This document shows, one piece after another, positions 1 to 9,823 of a stretch of 64,000 nt of DNA. The stretch covers positions 10,540,001-10,604,000 of the forward strand of contig JBHGNT010000017.1 of the NCBI GenBank assembly GCA_043228905.1, given 5' to 3'. Origin of the DNA: Azolla caroliniana. Its lineage: Eukaryota > Plantae > Polypodiophyta. How positions within the stretch are numbered: position 1 is the first letter of the stretch; each line of letters begins with the position of its first letter. The position numbers and the translations under genes are program-made. The notes below the pieces were generated by a model. That model was not told where the DNA came from and searched no databases. It saw nothing but the letters and a program-made list of their open reading frames with translations.

Positions 1-548
1 GTGCTTCTTGACGTACTTGTGTGGTTTTCTTCAACCATAAGCATTGATTGCAGATTGAAGAATGACGGTGGTCTCTCCCTCATGCAAATAGCCATCTGGA
101 TTGGCCCATACCTTGGAGCTATACCACCAAGACAGATCTGTACCATCTCTTCCTTGTCCACTGACACATTGATGGATCCTAAGGCATCGCAGATCTCCTT
201 GTTCTTCGTGGTGTAGTCATGGTGTAGCTACAACTTCCAGGTTGTGGCACTTGCAGCAAAAAACTTCTTCAGATTTTCCCATGCCTCCTTCAGTGTCTTT
301 GCATTTCGGATGTAGCCCAACACTTGATCGTGCACACAAGATGTAAGGTAGTACAAGACTCTACTTGCTCCTTGCTCCCATACCGGAAAATCCTTGTGTG
401 GCGATTCTGGCGCTACTTCATTTTCTCCTTGGATGTAACTCCAATAGCTATGCACGAGCAGGTACTGGTGCATCTTGTATTCCCAAGTTGCGTAGTTGCT
501 TCTATCCAACTTCTTTGTCGGAAGAGCACAACCCATGCCTCTGTCCAT
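1..548 (-). pseudogene. gag: Ty1/Copia gag N-terminus (element I), degenerate, continues off the window
   Basis: ORF 228-548 (KLDRSNYATWEYKMHQYL...AKTLKEAWENLKK) matches the gag of Copia G (58491+) and H (33346+). Confidence 0.85.
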
Positions 549-648
549 GTTTCTATTCTTCTCTATTTCGAAACCCTTGCTACTGACTCGTGTCAGAAGA
601 CTACGTCGACTATGGAGGATGCTTCTTAACCCTCACTCTTTGATATCA

Positions 649-1109
649 TGTAAAGATTTACAATATGCAGAAGCTTGTGAACCGACAGTCGGTTGGTTAT
701 CCGGAAGATGAACAATTCGTTAACACAGAACGCAGAGTACAAGAGAGAGAGAGTGAGAGCATGCAACAAAAATTCTATTACAGGAAAATGCTCAGTACAT
801 TAAAGAGTGCTTATGTGCACTTTATATATACAAGCTCATTTGTCAAGGCCGTTATGAAGTACTGACATGTACTTCAATGCTCTTAAAAGAGCATCTGACA
901 TTAATTGCCTACATTGGACCTATTTAATAGAATAGGACACGTCAGCACATGTGACATTCCGCCATTTGGATCCGACATTTGGCTTCATCATCTGAATCTG
1001 GTATCCAACATCCGATTTGGAAAGTGGGCCTAGCCAACTTAATTGATTCTGATCTTGCCTACTGGCTTATCTAACCAGTTCGGCCCATGTTGAGCTTGCG
1101 CGCTCAATA
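649..1109 (-). repeat. 5' LTR of Copia I, with degenerate tRNA-iMet PBS at 637-648
   Basis: The minus strand reads TATTGAG...TCTTTACA then TGATATCAAAGA (PBS-like). It is homologous to LTR H (32821-33249) and sits in the gag of element Z. Confidence 0.75.
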
Positions 1110-2252
1110 GTACGGATATTAATTTCGACTATTACTAAATCGACTTCGGCTTTGTTTGACTTCACAGTTGTCTCGTTGCACTTGTTTCGGCCTTTTGACG
1201 CTTTGACATTCTTAAGTCAACCTTCCTATGTAACATATTCACATTGATCGATCATGTGAGTTGAGTGACATAAGGCATAGCGCGTCCGCATTGTGCATTC
1301 GATTACAATGGAATGACCCGTATTCAAGCATGTAATGCACTGAACTGCTTGCAGAAATCTGAGCTCCTCCTCCTTCGGCAAGGTTCTTTAGAGTGCTTCC
1401 ATCAACATAGTGTTGCTATCCTAGGCACGATCCATGTCCAAAACTCTGTCGATCACTTGCTCCAAAGTGTTGTCCCTAAAGTTTAGCACCGCTAGAGTTG
1501 TCTGTATGTAGCAGTTCCTTACGGGCTGTGAGGAAGGTTTCCTTCAGATCTTCCTCCGGAGGTGGTGGCATTAACTATTTTCGGAGATTGTGAGACCGGA
1601 TATAATAAATTAGAGAACCGTCTCATATGATTCTTGGTAGATAGTGTAGAATTGCCGGTTTTGATTGTGCTATTCGTTAGTAAAATAACCGAAGGAATTT
1701 GTCACACAATTGTGTAAATGATTTGAATTCACCCTACTTATGCTCGGAACACCAATTCGCCGATTGACCTTCCAATGATAAGCCAAACTCGGCAATTTTT
1801 TACGTGTTCGCATCAGCTGGTGATAGTCTTTGTGATACGTGATTTGCTTGCCATGTTGTAAGGAAAGCATGCAAATGCGTTTCGGCATCCAACTTGTCAT
1901 TGTACTTGGGGTAGGTTTATGACATTGTTCTTCTTCTTGAAATCTGGTCGACTCGCTACGTGGGATATTTGGCACTAGGTCCTTTGTTATGCGTGCGTTG
2001 GACTTGCTACTACTATGCCGGCTAATTGATTGCTCAACCTTATCATTGGACATCTTGTTGTTCGAACTAATGTCGTTAGAAGCCTCCAAATCGGGAAGTG
2101 CTATTAAGTCTTCTTCGGGCACCTACTGAAGTTGTTCCGAAAACACCTAATCCAGCCAATCCTCATGTATCGCATGTTGCTACTCTGACTAAGTACGTGG
2201 TTGTCTGCATCTTGTAATTATGCCGTCGTCACTCTAACTGAACAACGTCCAT
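1110..2252 (-). pseudogene. gag: Degenerate gag of old Athila-like Gypsy Z (same family as A/B/E)
   Basis: Minus-strand remnants PPPEEDLKETFL, VLNFRDNTLEQVIDRV and TMRTRYALCHSTHMIDQCEY match E Gag. A decayed PBS lies at 2282-2296. Confidence 0.75.
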
Positions 2253-2668
2253 CCTCTAATGTTCGCTACCTCTCGAAGAACGAATCGTTGTCATCAAATT
2301 GTGTTTGTACTCTCTAGAAACATGTAGTCGAATCCTTCACCAAAGGTTGTGGTTGGAGGCATGGAATTAAAACTCGGAAATTGATAAACAAATAGGTTAC
2401 TCTCTAACTCTTTCTAATCGTCTTATGATTGATCGACTCTGTACTCTACACCTTAAAACTGAAGAACTAGAGATAGATAATACAGACACAGTACATCAAA
2501 GATAATTTTTCTATTAGAATTCTTTCACACCCTTGTACAATACACATGCCAAGTATGGAAGAAGGAAGGGGCGAGTTGGTTCACATGCCAAGTATGGAAG
2601 ATAATTTTTCTATTAGAATTCTTTCACACCCTTTCTTAGTTATTTAATTTTTCTATTATAAAGGACAT

Positions 2669-3114
2669 TGTTGACCAGTGGCAGCCAAGTATGGAAGAAG
2701 GAAGAGGCGAGTTGGTTCCTAGAGATATAATTAAATAACTAAGAAATATGTTAAGAACGGATGGATCCGGGAGAGGTATGCCGATCTGGATCCAGATCGA
2801 TTCATAACCAGTTTTCGGTTAGGCACCGTTTTGTAGCACAGACCGGACACTTATAAAAGGGATCCGGTTATCATTGTATAAACAACGGAACATTAATATA
2901 AGAGTGTTATTATTCTCTATCTGTTATCTTGATCTTCATTCTGTCCTATGTTTAATGTATTGATCTTACACCTGTAACACTGTGTGTTGTGAATCGGATC
3001 TCAACCGGACATTAACCGGTTGAAGCATAATCCAAGTCGGAAATCCTTACCGCAACCACCCCTTTGGTGAAGTGATCCGGAAGGACACCCTGTGTTAGTG
3101 GCTAGTCCGGCCCA
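2669..3114 (+). repeat. 5' LTR of A (terminal bases and PBS deleted)
   Basis: TGTTGACCAGTGG... aligns with 31496-31942. TATAAAAGGG near 2853. Confidence 0.85.
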
Positions 3115-3154
3115 TTCATGCGGAAAGTAGCGAACAACGGGGGGATGCCAAGAG

Positions 3155-3651
3155 AGTGTGGAAGCAGGAGGCTTACCAGCATGCGGTTGAGGAGATCCGG
3201 TCGGATCGATCTTTTTCCAGCGCGATAGGACGGGTCGCGGAGGAGTACCTCCGGTTACAGCACAATCCATACCTAGAAAATGGAAGCAGTTTGAGCAATT
3301 TGCGGGACGTCGAATCCATCCTATAGACACTCAGGGCAGGCGAGAGAGATTCAGGAGCGTTCTCGGTTATTGAATCGGATTCGAATGGGGAGAACAGTGC
3401 TCAGTCCAATTATCGTCACGACGCCCCGTAAGACCCAAAAGACAAACAATTCGGTTAACGAAATAGGGTCGAACGAGGAAGTACCGACACCACCACACAA
3501 CCAATTGGAGACTCAGGAGGAACGGGCTCCGATATCACCACCCGAGTCACCAAAGAAACAAGAGGAGCGGGTACCGGCACAACCGATAGACGATGACACC
3601 ATGTTGTACCAGTATTCGAAATATCAAGATGACCTGGACGTTGAAGCCCAC
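3155..3651 (+). pseudogene. gag: A gag N-terminal remnant
   Basis: DDDTMLYQYSKYQDDLDVEAH matches [21 protein letters not shown]. Confidence 0.8.
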
Positions 3652-3726
3652 TGTCATCCCTGTCATCGACTGTCAGCTTTCCGATCAGTTGGTTCTTCCT
3701 CCCACTGGAGGGACATATTCCCAACA

Positions 3727-5820
3727 AGAAATGTGTCATTTTGGTAAATCGATCAACCACTGTGAGAATTGCATCAAAACCTTTTGAAACTGGGAGATCA
3801 GTAATGAACTCCAAGGATATAGACTTCCAAGGAATTTCCGGAATGGGAAGTGGTTGTAGTAAGCCATAGGATCGGTGACGAGGACTCTTTGATCGACAAC
3901 ATATATCACAGCTCTGAACATACTCCTCAACAAAATGACGAAGGCGAGGCCGCCAATAGCATCGAGAAATTAATTCTAGAGTCTTGCGAACTCCAAAATA
4001 ACCAACCATTGGTGAGTCATGGCAATGTTGTAAAACTTGTAGTCGTGGGGGACCATCAGGAACATAAAACCACCATGCCAATAGAACTGACGATAGTCAT
4101 TACGGGGATTTTTCGACCGTGAGCAAAGAAGCACGATCCGAGACGATATGATCCAAAATATCCTTGGCAAAATCATCAGTGGCAATATGATCTCGAATGG
4201 AGTCAAGAAGAGTGGAATTTTCAAGAGTTGTTATGGTGTTAACTACCATTAATCGTAATTGATTAGGACCCAAAAGGATTTGTTTTTTATGCTCAAATGC
4301 AGGTTCCCCTAGACGAAGTTCCATATAAGAGCGCCGAGAAAGAGCATCTGCTTTGCCTTGCTACATCCCAGGGCGATATATGATGATAAAGTCAAAGTGA
4401 GTAAAAAATTGCGCCCACCGGGCTTGTCGCCGACTAAAGACTCGAGCATTTTGGAAATAGGTCAGGTTCTTATGATCACTATAGACAATGATCTATTGAG
4501 AAGAACCTTCTAGAAAATGTCGCCATTGTTGAAACTAATCCACAATTGCAAGAAGCTCTTTGTCATGGATCTCGTAGTTGATCTCTGCAGCTTCAAACTT
4601 TCGTGAATGAAAGGCGACAGGGTGTAGTTGTCCATCATCTCTAGTCTGCAAGAGGACACTTCCTAGTGCAAAATCTGATGCATCGGCTTCGAGGATGAAG
4701 CATTTTGTTGGGTCTACATGTGCTAAGATAGGTGCCGTTGTAAATGCTCATTTTAAGCTTTCGAATGCCTTGGCTGCATTTGAACTCCATATAAATGGCT
4801 GATCTTTATGTGTGAGTTGAGTAAGCGGAAGCACAACCTTGGAATAATCTTTAATAAATTTTCGATAAAAATTTGCAAACCCGAGAAAACATTGCACATC
4901 ACGCAATGAAAGGGGTGTTTGCCACTCTAAAATTGCTTGTACCTTCATGGGATCCATAGCAATACCATCCGATGATACAACATACCACAAAAATTCCACT
5001 TGATTCTGGCCAAAACTACACTTTTCTAATTTTGCGTAGAGACCATATTCTCGAAGTCGACACAATACCTGACGAACATGTTCATCATGCTCCTCTTGGG
5101 TCTTCGAGTAGATTAAAATATAATCTAGGTAAACTATAGTGAAGATATCAAGAAAATCTCGAAAAATATCGTTTGCCATATGTTGGAAAACAGTAGGTGC
5201 ATTCGTGAGACCGAATGGCATCAATGTATACTCAAAATGTCCAGAGCGAGTGCAAAAAGTTGTCTTCCATTCATCCCCTAGGCGAATTCGAACTAGATTA
5301 TATGCTCCACGAAGGTCCAACTTCGTGAAATATTTTGCACCACTGAGACGTTCCAAAAGATTTGGGATTAATGGTAGAGCATATCTATTCCGAATAGTCA
5401 CTTTGTTTAGCCCTCGATAATCCACGACCAACCGAAGAGTCCCATTCTTCTTCTTAACAAAGAAGATAGGTGCACCAACAGGGGATCTAGAATTTCGAAT
5501 GAATCCGTTTGCCAGATTCTCATCAATATATTCCCACAAAGTCTCTAGCTCTACAGAGGAGAGATTATAAATTGGGCCCCATGGAGGTTCTTTCCCTGGT
5601 TGTAAGTCAATAGGGTAGTCGAATGGCCGATGCTCCGGTAATGTATTGACCTTCACCTTATCAAAGACATCTGAAAACTCCTTGTATTTCTTTAGTAGTT
5701 TAATGTCCGCTTCACGTGAAGTGGATGATGGAGTTGCTACTATTTCGAAGATGAACATGGCCTCGTTCCCCCCTTCCTCTCGCAACTGTCATAAAGAGAT
5801 GGTTGATAACTCCAGGGATC
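3727..5820 (-). pseudogene. pol: Tcn1-like chromovirus pol fragment (RT-RNase H-integrase N-terminus), no LTRs
   Basis: RT motifs LRLVVDYRGLNK, MPFGLTNAP and VYLDYIL; RNase H EADASD...[12 protein letters not shown]; integrase HHCC zinc finger. Same family as 40169-54673. Confidence 0.9.
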
Positions 5821-5829
5821 TATTAGGGC

Positions 5830-7179
5830 TTGAGGCGAGACCAGAGTCGGCACCACAATCGGAACCGGCGAGACAACAAGGCAACCGACAGTCAATGGTT
5901 GTGTTGGATCGGAGAGGAGGTGGCTGGGGTGGTGAGCCGAATAGAAGAAGAAGAAAGAGCGCAATGGGACCAGTTGTTCACCACCACCGAGGAATTGGAG
6001 AAGGCCCGGACACGAATCTGGAGCTTGGAAGAAGATGTAGAGAAGGCCAAGGCGGACACGGCCAGGGAGGTCCTTCACGAGCCAACTATATCTGAACCGG
6101 TGACTTCTAAAGAACCAGATAACAATAATGCACGAGAACAAGAACTCTCCACCCTAAGGGAGGAGTTAGCAACTCAGGAGGCCTTGTGGGCCAGATAACG
6201 ACCGGTTAAAAGAGCAAAAAGACAAATTGCTGCAAGAGAAAGACAAGCTGCGCTGGATAGCAGAAGGAGAAATTGAACGGCTGAAAGAAGAGCTCCGACA
6301 ATAGAAAGGCAGAGAAGACTGAGCAAGAAGTCAAATCAATCGAAGGTTAAATCAGAAGACTGAGGACTTTGAAAGACTGCACCGGGATCACAAGCACGTG
6401 GATGCAGAGCACAAGAAGTTGATGACGGAATGTGACCGGCAACAGGAGAAGATTTGAGAACTCCGGAATGATTTAACCAAGAAAACGGATGCGTTGGCGG
6501 AAGAACGAACTAAGGCAGTTGAGTCGGCAAAGCTACTAGAGGAAGTGGCAAGGGAAAGGACGGTGCTCACCCGGAAGCACCATGAAGAGATGGAACGAGC
6601 AAAAATGGCTCTGAATAGGGTTCAGACAACTCATCAAACTCAATTGCTGGAATATGGGGTGCAAGCACAGGCAACCGTGGGCCTGATAAAGAAGTTAAAG
6701 GAGGAAAAGCAGGCCTTGGAGGACAAATCCAAGATGGGGCTCAACCGGTTCCGCGACATTGTGCTAGCATGGAAAGCAAGGACAAAGAGAATGATTGATG
6801 AAGGCTCGGTGCAATCGTGGTCAAAATGGGCACAACAGGCGGTGGAATTACAGACTCTGCGAGTGGATGTTGAGAACTGGAGAAAGAACAGTGACAACTT
6901 CTATAAGATTGATGCGGAGAGTATTGTAACCATCCAGGAATAGATGTAAGACGATTTTTTGTCCTTGGCTGGAGAACAACTGGCGGTTGTAAGACAATTG
7001 GTAGAACAGGTAGATGATAACCAGCTCAGAACTCAACTCCAATTCGAGTGATTCAAACGGGTGCATAGACGGCAGGAGGCATCACGAAGGATGGCGACAA
7101 TCAACATAAGTGATGGAGAGCAATCTCCGGAGTAGCCACCGAATGTAGCCAGAGCCGGAGGAATGCAGCCGGATGAAGT
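5830..7179 (+). pseudogene. A 3' extra ORF (coiled-coil), fragmented; resumes at 31193-31441 after element B
   Basis: SQWLCWIGEEVAGVV and IDEGSVQSWSKWAQQAVELQTLRVDVE are homologous to ORF 9824-12763. Confidence 0.85.
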
Positions 7180-7632
7180 TGTTATTGCTAGGGCCGGACA
7201 ACAGCCTAACACAGGGTGTCCACTCAAGACACGTAACCAAAGGGTGGTACGACAGAATGACTTACGGCCCAACGCTTAATTAGACCTTAATCGATTACTT
7301 AGCCATCCATAATTAACACGCGTAAGATATGACAATAATTGCAGAACGGTAATCAACACTTGAAGATTAAGACCATAAGCTTTATTAATTATCCGCTACT
7401 GATTACATTGTAACCGAGCCTTTATATAGGTCTCCGGTGCGAAATACAAAATGGTGCCAAACGGCACCTTTACGGAATCGTTCCGGATCCAGATCGGCAT
7501 ACCGAATCCGGTCCGTCCGTCCACATCATAATATGTATATATTAAGACTACTAATTCCAATAGTTCTCGAATAACTATTCCTTTCACACTCTGGTTTGGA
7601 CCTCCTTTAGCCTTCTTTGCCGGCCGGTAACA
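7180..7632 (-). repeat. 3' LTR of B
   Basis: Direct repeat of 30740-31192. Confidence 0.95.
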
Positions 7633-7634
7633 CA

Positions 7635-7673
7635 TGGCACGCCCGTGGGACAGTACCTTGTATGTCGAACCCA
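7635..7673 (-). promoter_or_regulatory. tRNA-Arg(UCU)-like 3'-end copy at the PPT position of B
   Basis: Element sense strand reads TGGGTTCGA-CATACAAGGTACT-GTCCCACGGGCGTGCCA-TG|TGTTAC. No purine tract is present. Confidence 0.7.
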
Positions 7674-7924
7674 TTATCCGGCCGCTTTTATGCTTCGTCC
7701 AAAATGTCCAGAATGATTTGCTCCAAAATTTCCAATGGCTCGTCGGGAATGTGTTATTCTTGTTGTGGCAACTGCTGTTGTTGTTCCGTTTGTGGCTGTG
7801 GCTGTTGCTGCTCTGTTTGTGGCTCCGGCACTGGTGTTTCTGTCGTTGGTTCCTCCGTCAGAGTTGTCTGTGGTTGACTGGCCCCGGCCTGTTCCCCCTC
7901 CGGTCTTTGCACCGGCGACGGTTC

Positions 7925-8648
7925 TGTTGGGAACTCGACGTTCCTTATGTCCGACGCTCGGCCACAACCGAGATTCTTTACATGCACAAAAAACAGGTAA
8001 TGAAAACGCGACACGAAAGAAAAAAAGGAGAGAAATGGTGCACAGGAGGTATACGTGGAAAACCCCAAAATAGGGGAAAAAATCACGGCAGCCCACAAGC
8101 TGCAAACTGTCACTATGCAGAAATATACAACTGTGAGATCACTGAGGCAACGACCTCGTGCTCACAGATCTTCGCCACAGGCGGCGGTTACAACAGAGGC
8201 AACGACCTCGTCTCTCTCTCTCCCTCTCTCTCTCTCTGTACAGTTACGCGCTCTGATTTCTTCTTGCACCAACAAGGAAGAATAATAATCACACACATCA
8301 TACTAAAGGTTTGCCCTAAGTCATATTTATACTAATATGACTTTTCGGCTATTTACAAATGTAGCCTTGATGGGCTTCATCCGGCTCTCCGCAGTCGGGC
8401 CTACACCATCCGACTCTCCGCAGTCGGGTACTCCTCATCCGGCTTCCCGCAGTCGGGCCTACACCATCCGACTCTCTGTAGTCGGGTACTCCTCATCCGG
8501 TTCATACTGTTTCGGCTGAGGCCGACAGAGAGTCGGGTACTCCTCATCCGGTTCATACTGTTTCGGCCTCAGCCTGTCGGCCTCGACCGAGTTGGTTCGT
8601 CGGCGTTGTTCTTCTCCCTTCCCATCCGGAGGGACCTGTCTACCAACA
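7925..8648 (-). repeat. 3' LTR of Copia C, with ~28-bp tandem repeats (~8377-8570)
   Basis: Matches 22613-23172. Repeat unit CATCCGRCTCTCCGCAGTCGGG... Confidence 0.93.
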
Positions 8649-8658
8649 AACTCCCCCT

Positions 8659-9353
8659 TCACTCCGGCATGGGGTGTCCTTCCAGCCCGATCCTCTTCCG
8701 GCATGCGTCCAGCTTGTCGGGTGTCAGCACTTTGGTCAGCATATCCGACCCGTTCTCGGCCGTGTGGATCTTCGCCAATGCGAACTCCTGGTCATCTATC
8801 CTTTCCCGGATCCAGTGATACCTCCGCTGGATATGCTTTGTCCGGGAATGGTAGGCCACATTCTTAGCAAGGTGGATGGCACTTTGACTGTCGCAGTAGA
8901 GTTGGTATTCCTCTTGCCGGATACCGAGCTCCCCGATGAAGTCCTTCATCCATAGTATTTCCTTGCTGGCTTCCACAGCCGCCATGTACTCCGCCTCTGT
9001 GGTTGACAATGCAACCGTCTTCTGCAGCCTCGACTGCCACGAGACAGCTCCCCCTGCATATGTCATCACATACCCGGATGTAGACCGGCTGGTATCCACA
9101 TCAGCCGACATGTCCGAATCGGTGAAACCATCCAGTTGAGGTTTTCCGGAGCCGAATCGGAGACACATATTTGAAGTGCCCTTCAAATACCGGAGTATCC
9201 ACTTGACCGCGTTCCAATGCTCCTTGCCGGGATTGCTCATAAACCGGCTCACCACTCCGACTGCGTATCCAATGTCCGGTCGGGTACAAACCATTGCGTA
9301 CATCAAGCTCCCGACGGCAGAGGCATATGGAATCTTCATCATATCTGCCTTCT
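8659..9353 (-). pseudogene. pol: Copia C pol C-terminus (end of RT plus RNase H), cut off by E
   Basis: PYASAVGSLMYAMVCTRPDI, FTDSD, LSTTEAEY, CDSQSA, HSRTKHI. Confidence 0.95.
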
Positions 9354-9771
9354 TGTTATTCGCTTAGCCGGACAAGGCCTAACACAAGGTGTCACGGAGA
9401 CACTTCACCAAAGGGTGATTACGGCATAGGATTAAGATTCAACGATTACACCGACTTACGTAGGTTACACGATTAGAATGCTTTGGTTAATTACACGCGT
9501 AAGATATAACAGTAATTACAGAACGGAAATCAAGACAGAAGTATAAACATCATAAGCTCTATTAATTATCCGCTGCGATTACAATGGGGTCCGGGCCTTT
9601 AAATAGGTTTCCGGCCCGTAGTACAAAACGGTGCCTCTCGCACCTATTCGGGATCCGTCCGGATCTGGAACGGCATACCGTTTCCAGTCCGTCCGTCCAC
9701 ACTATGCTTATTACAACCATACTAATTAATTCCTTCACTCCGTATTTTGGACTCCTTGCCGGCCGGTAACA
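9354..9771 (-). repeat. 3' LTR of E
   Basis: Near-identical to 18752-19169; TG..CA ends. Confidence 0.97.
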
Positions 9772-9773
9772 CA

Positions 9774-9811
9774 TGGCACGCCCGTGGGACAGTACCTTGT
9801 ACGTCGAACCC
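9774..9811 (-). promoter_or_regulatory. tRNA-Arg(UCU)-like 3'-end copy (antisense PBS) replacing the PPT of E
   Basis: The plus strand reads LTR|CA TGGCACGCCCGTGGGAC AGTACCTTGTACG TCGAACCC. Confidence 0.7.
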
Positions 9812-9823
9812 TGCTCGGCCCCT

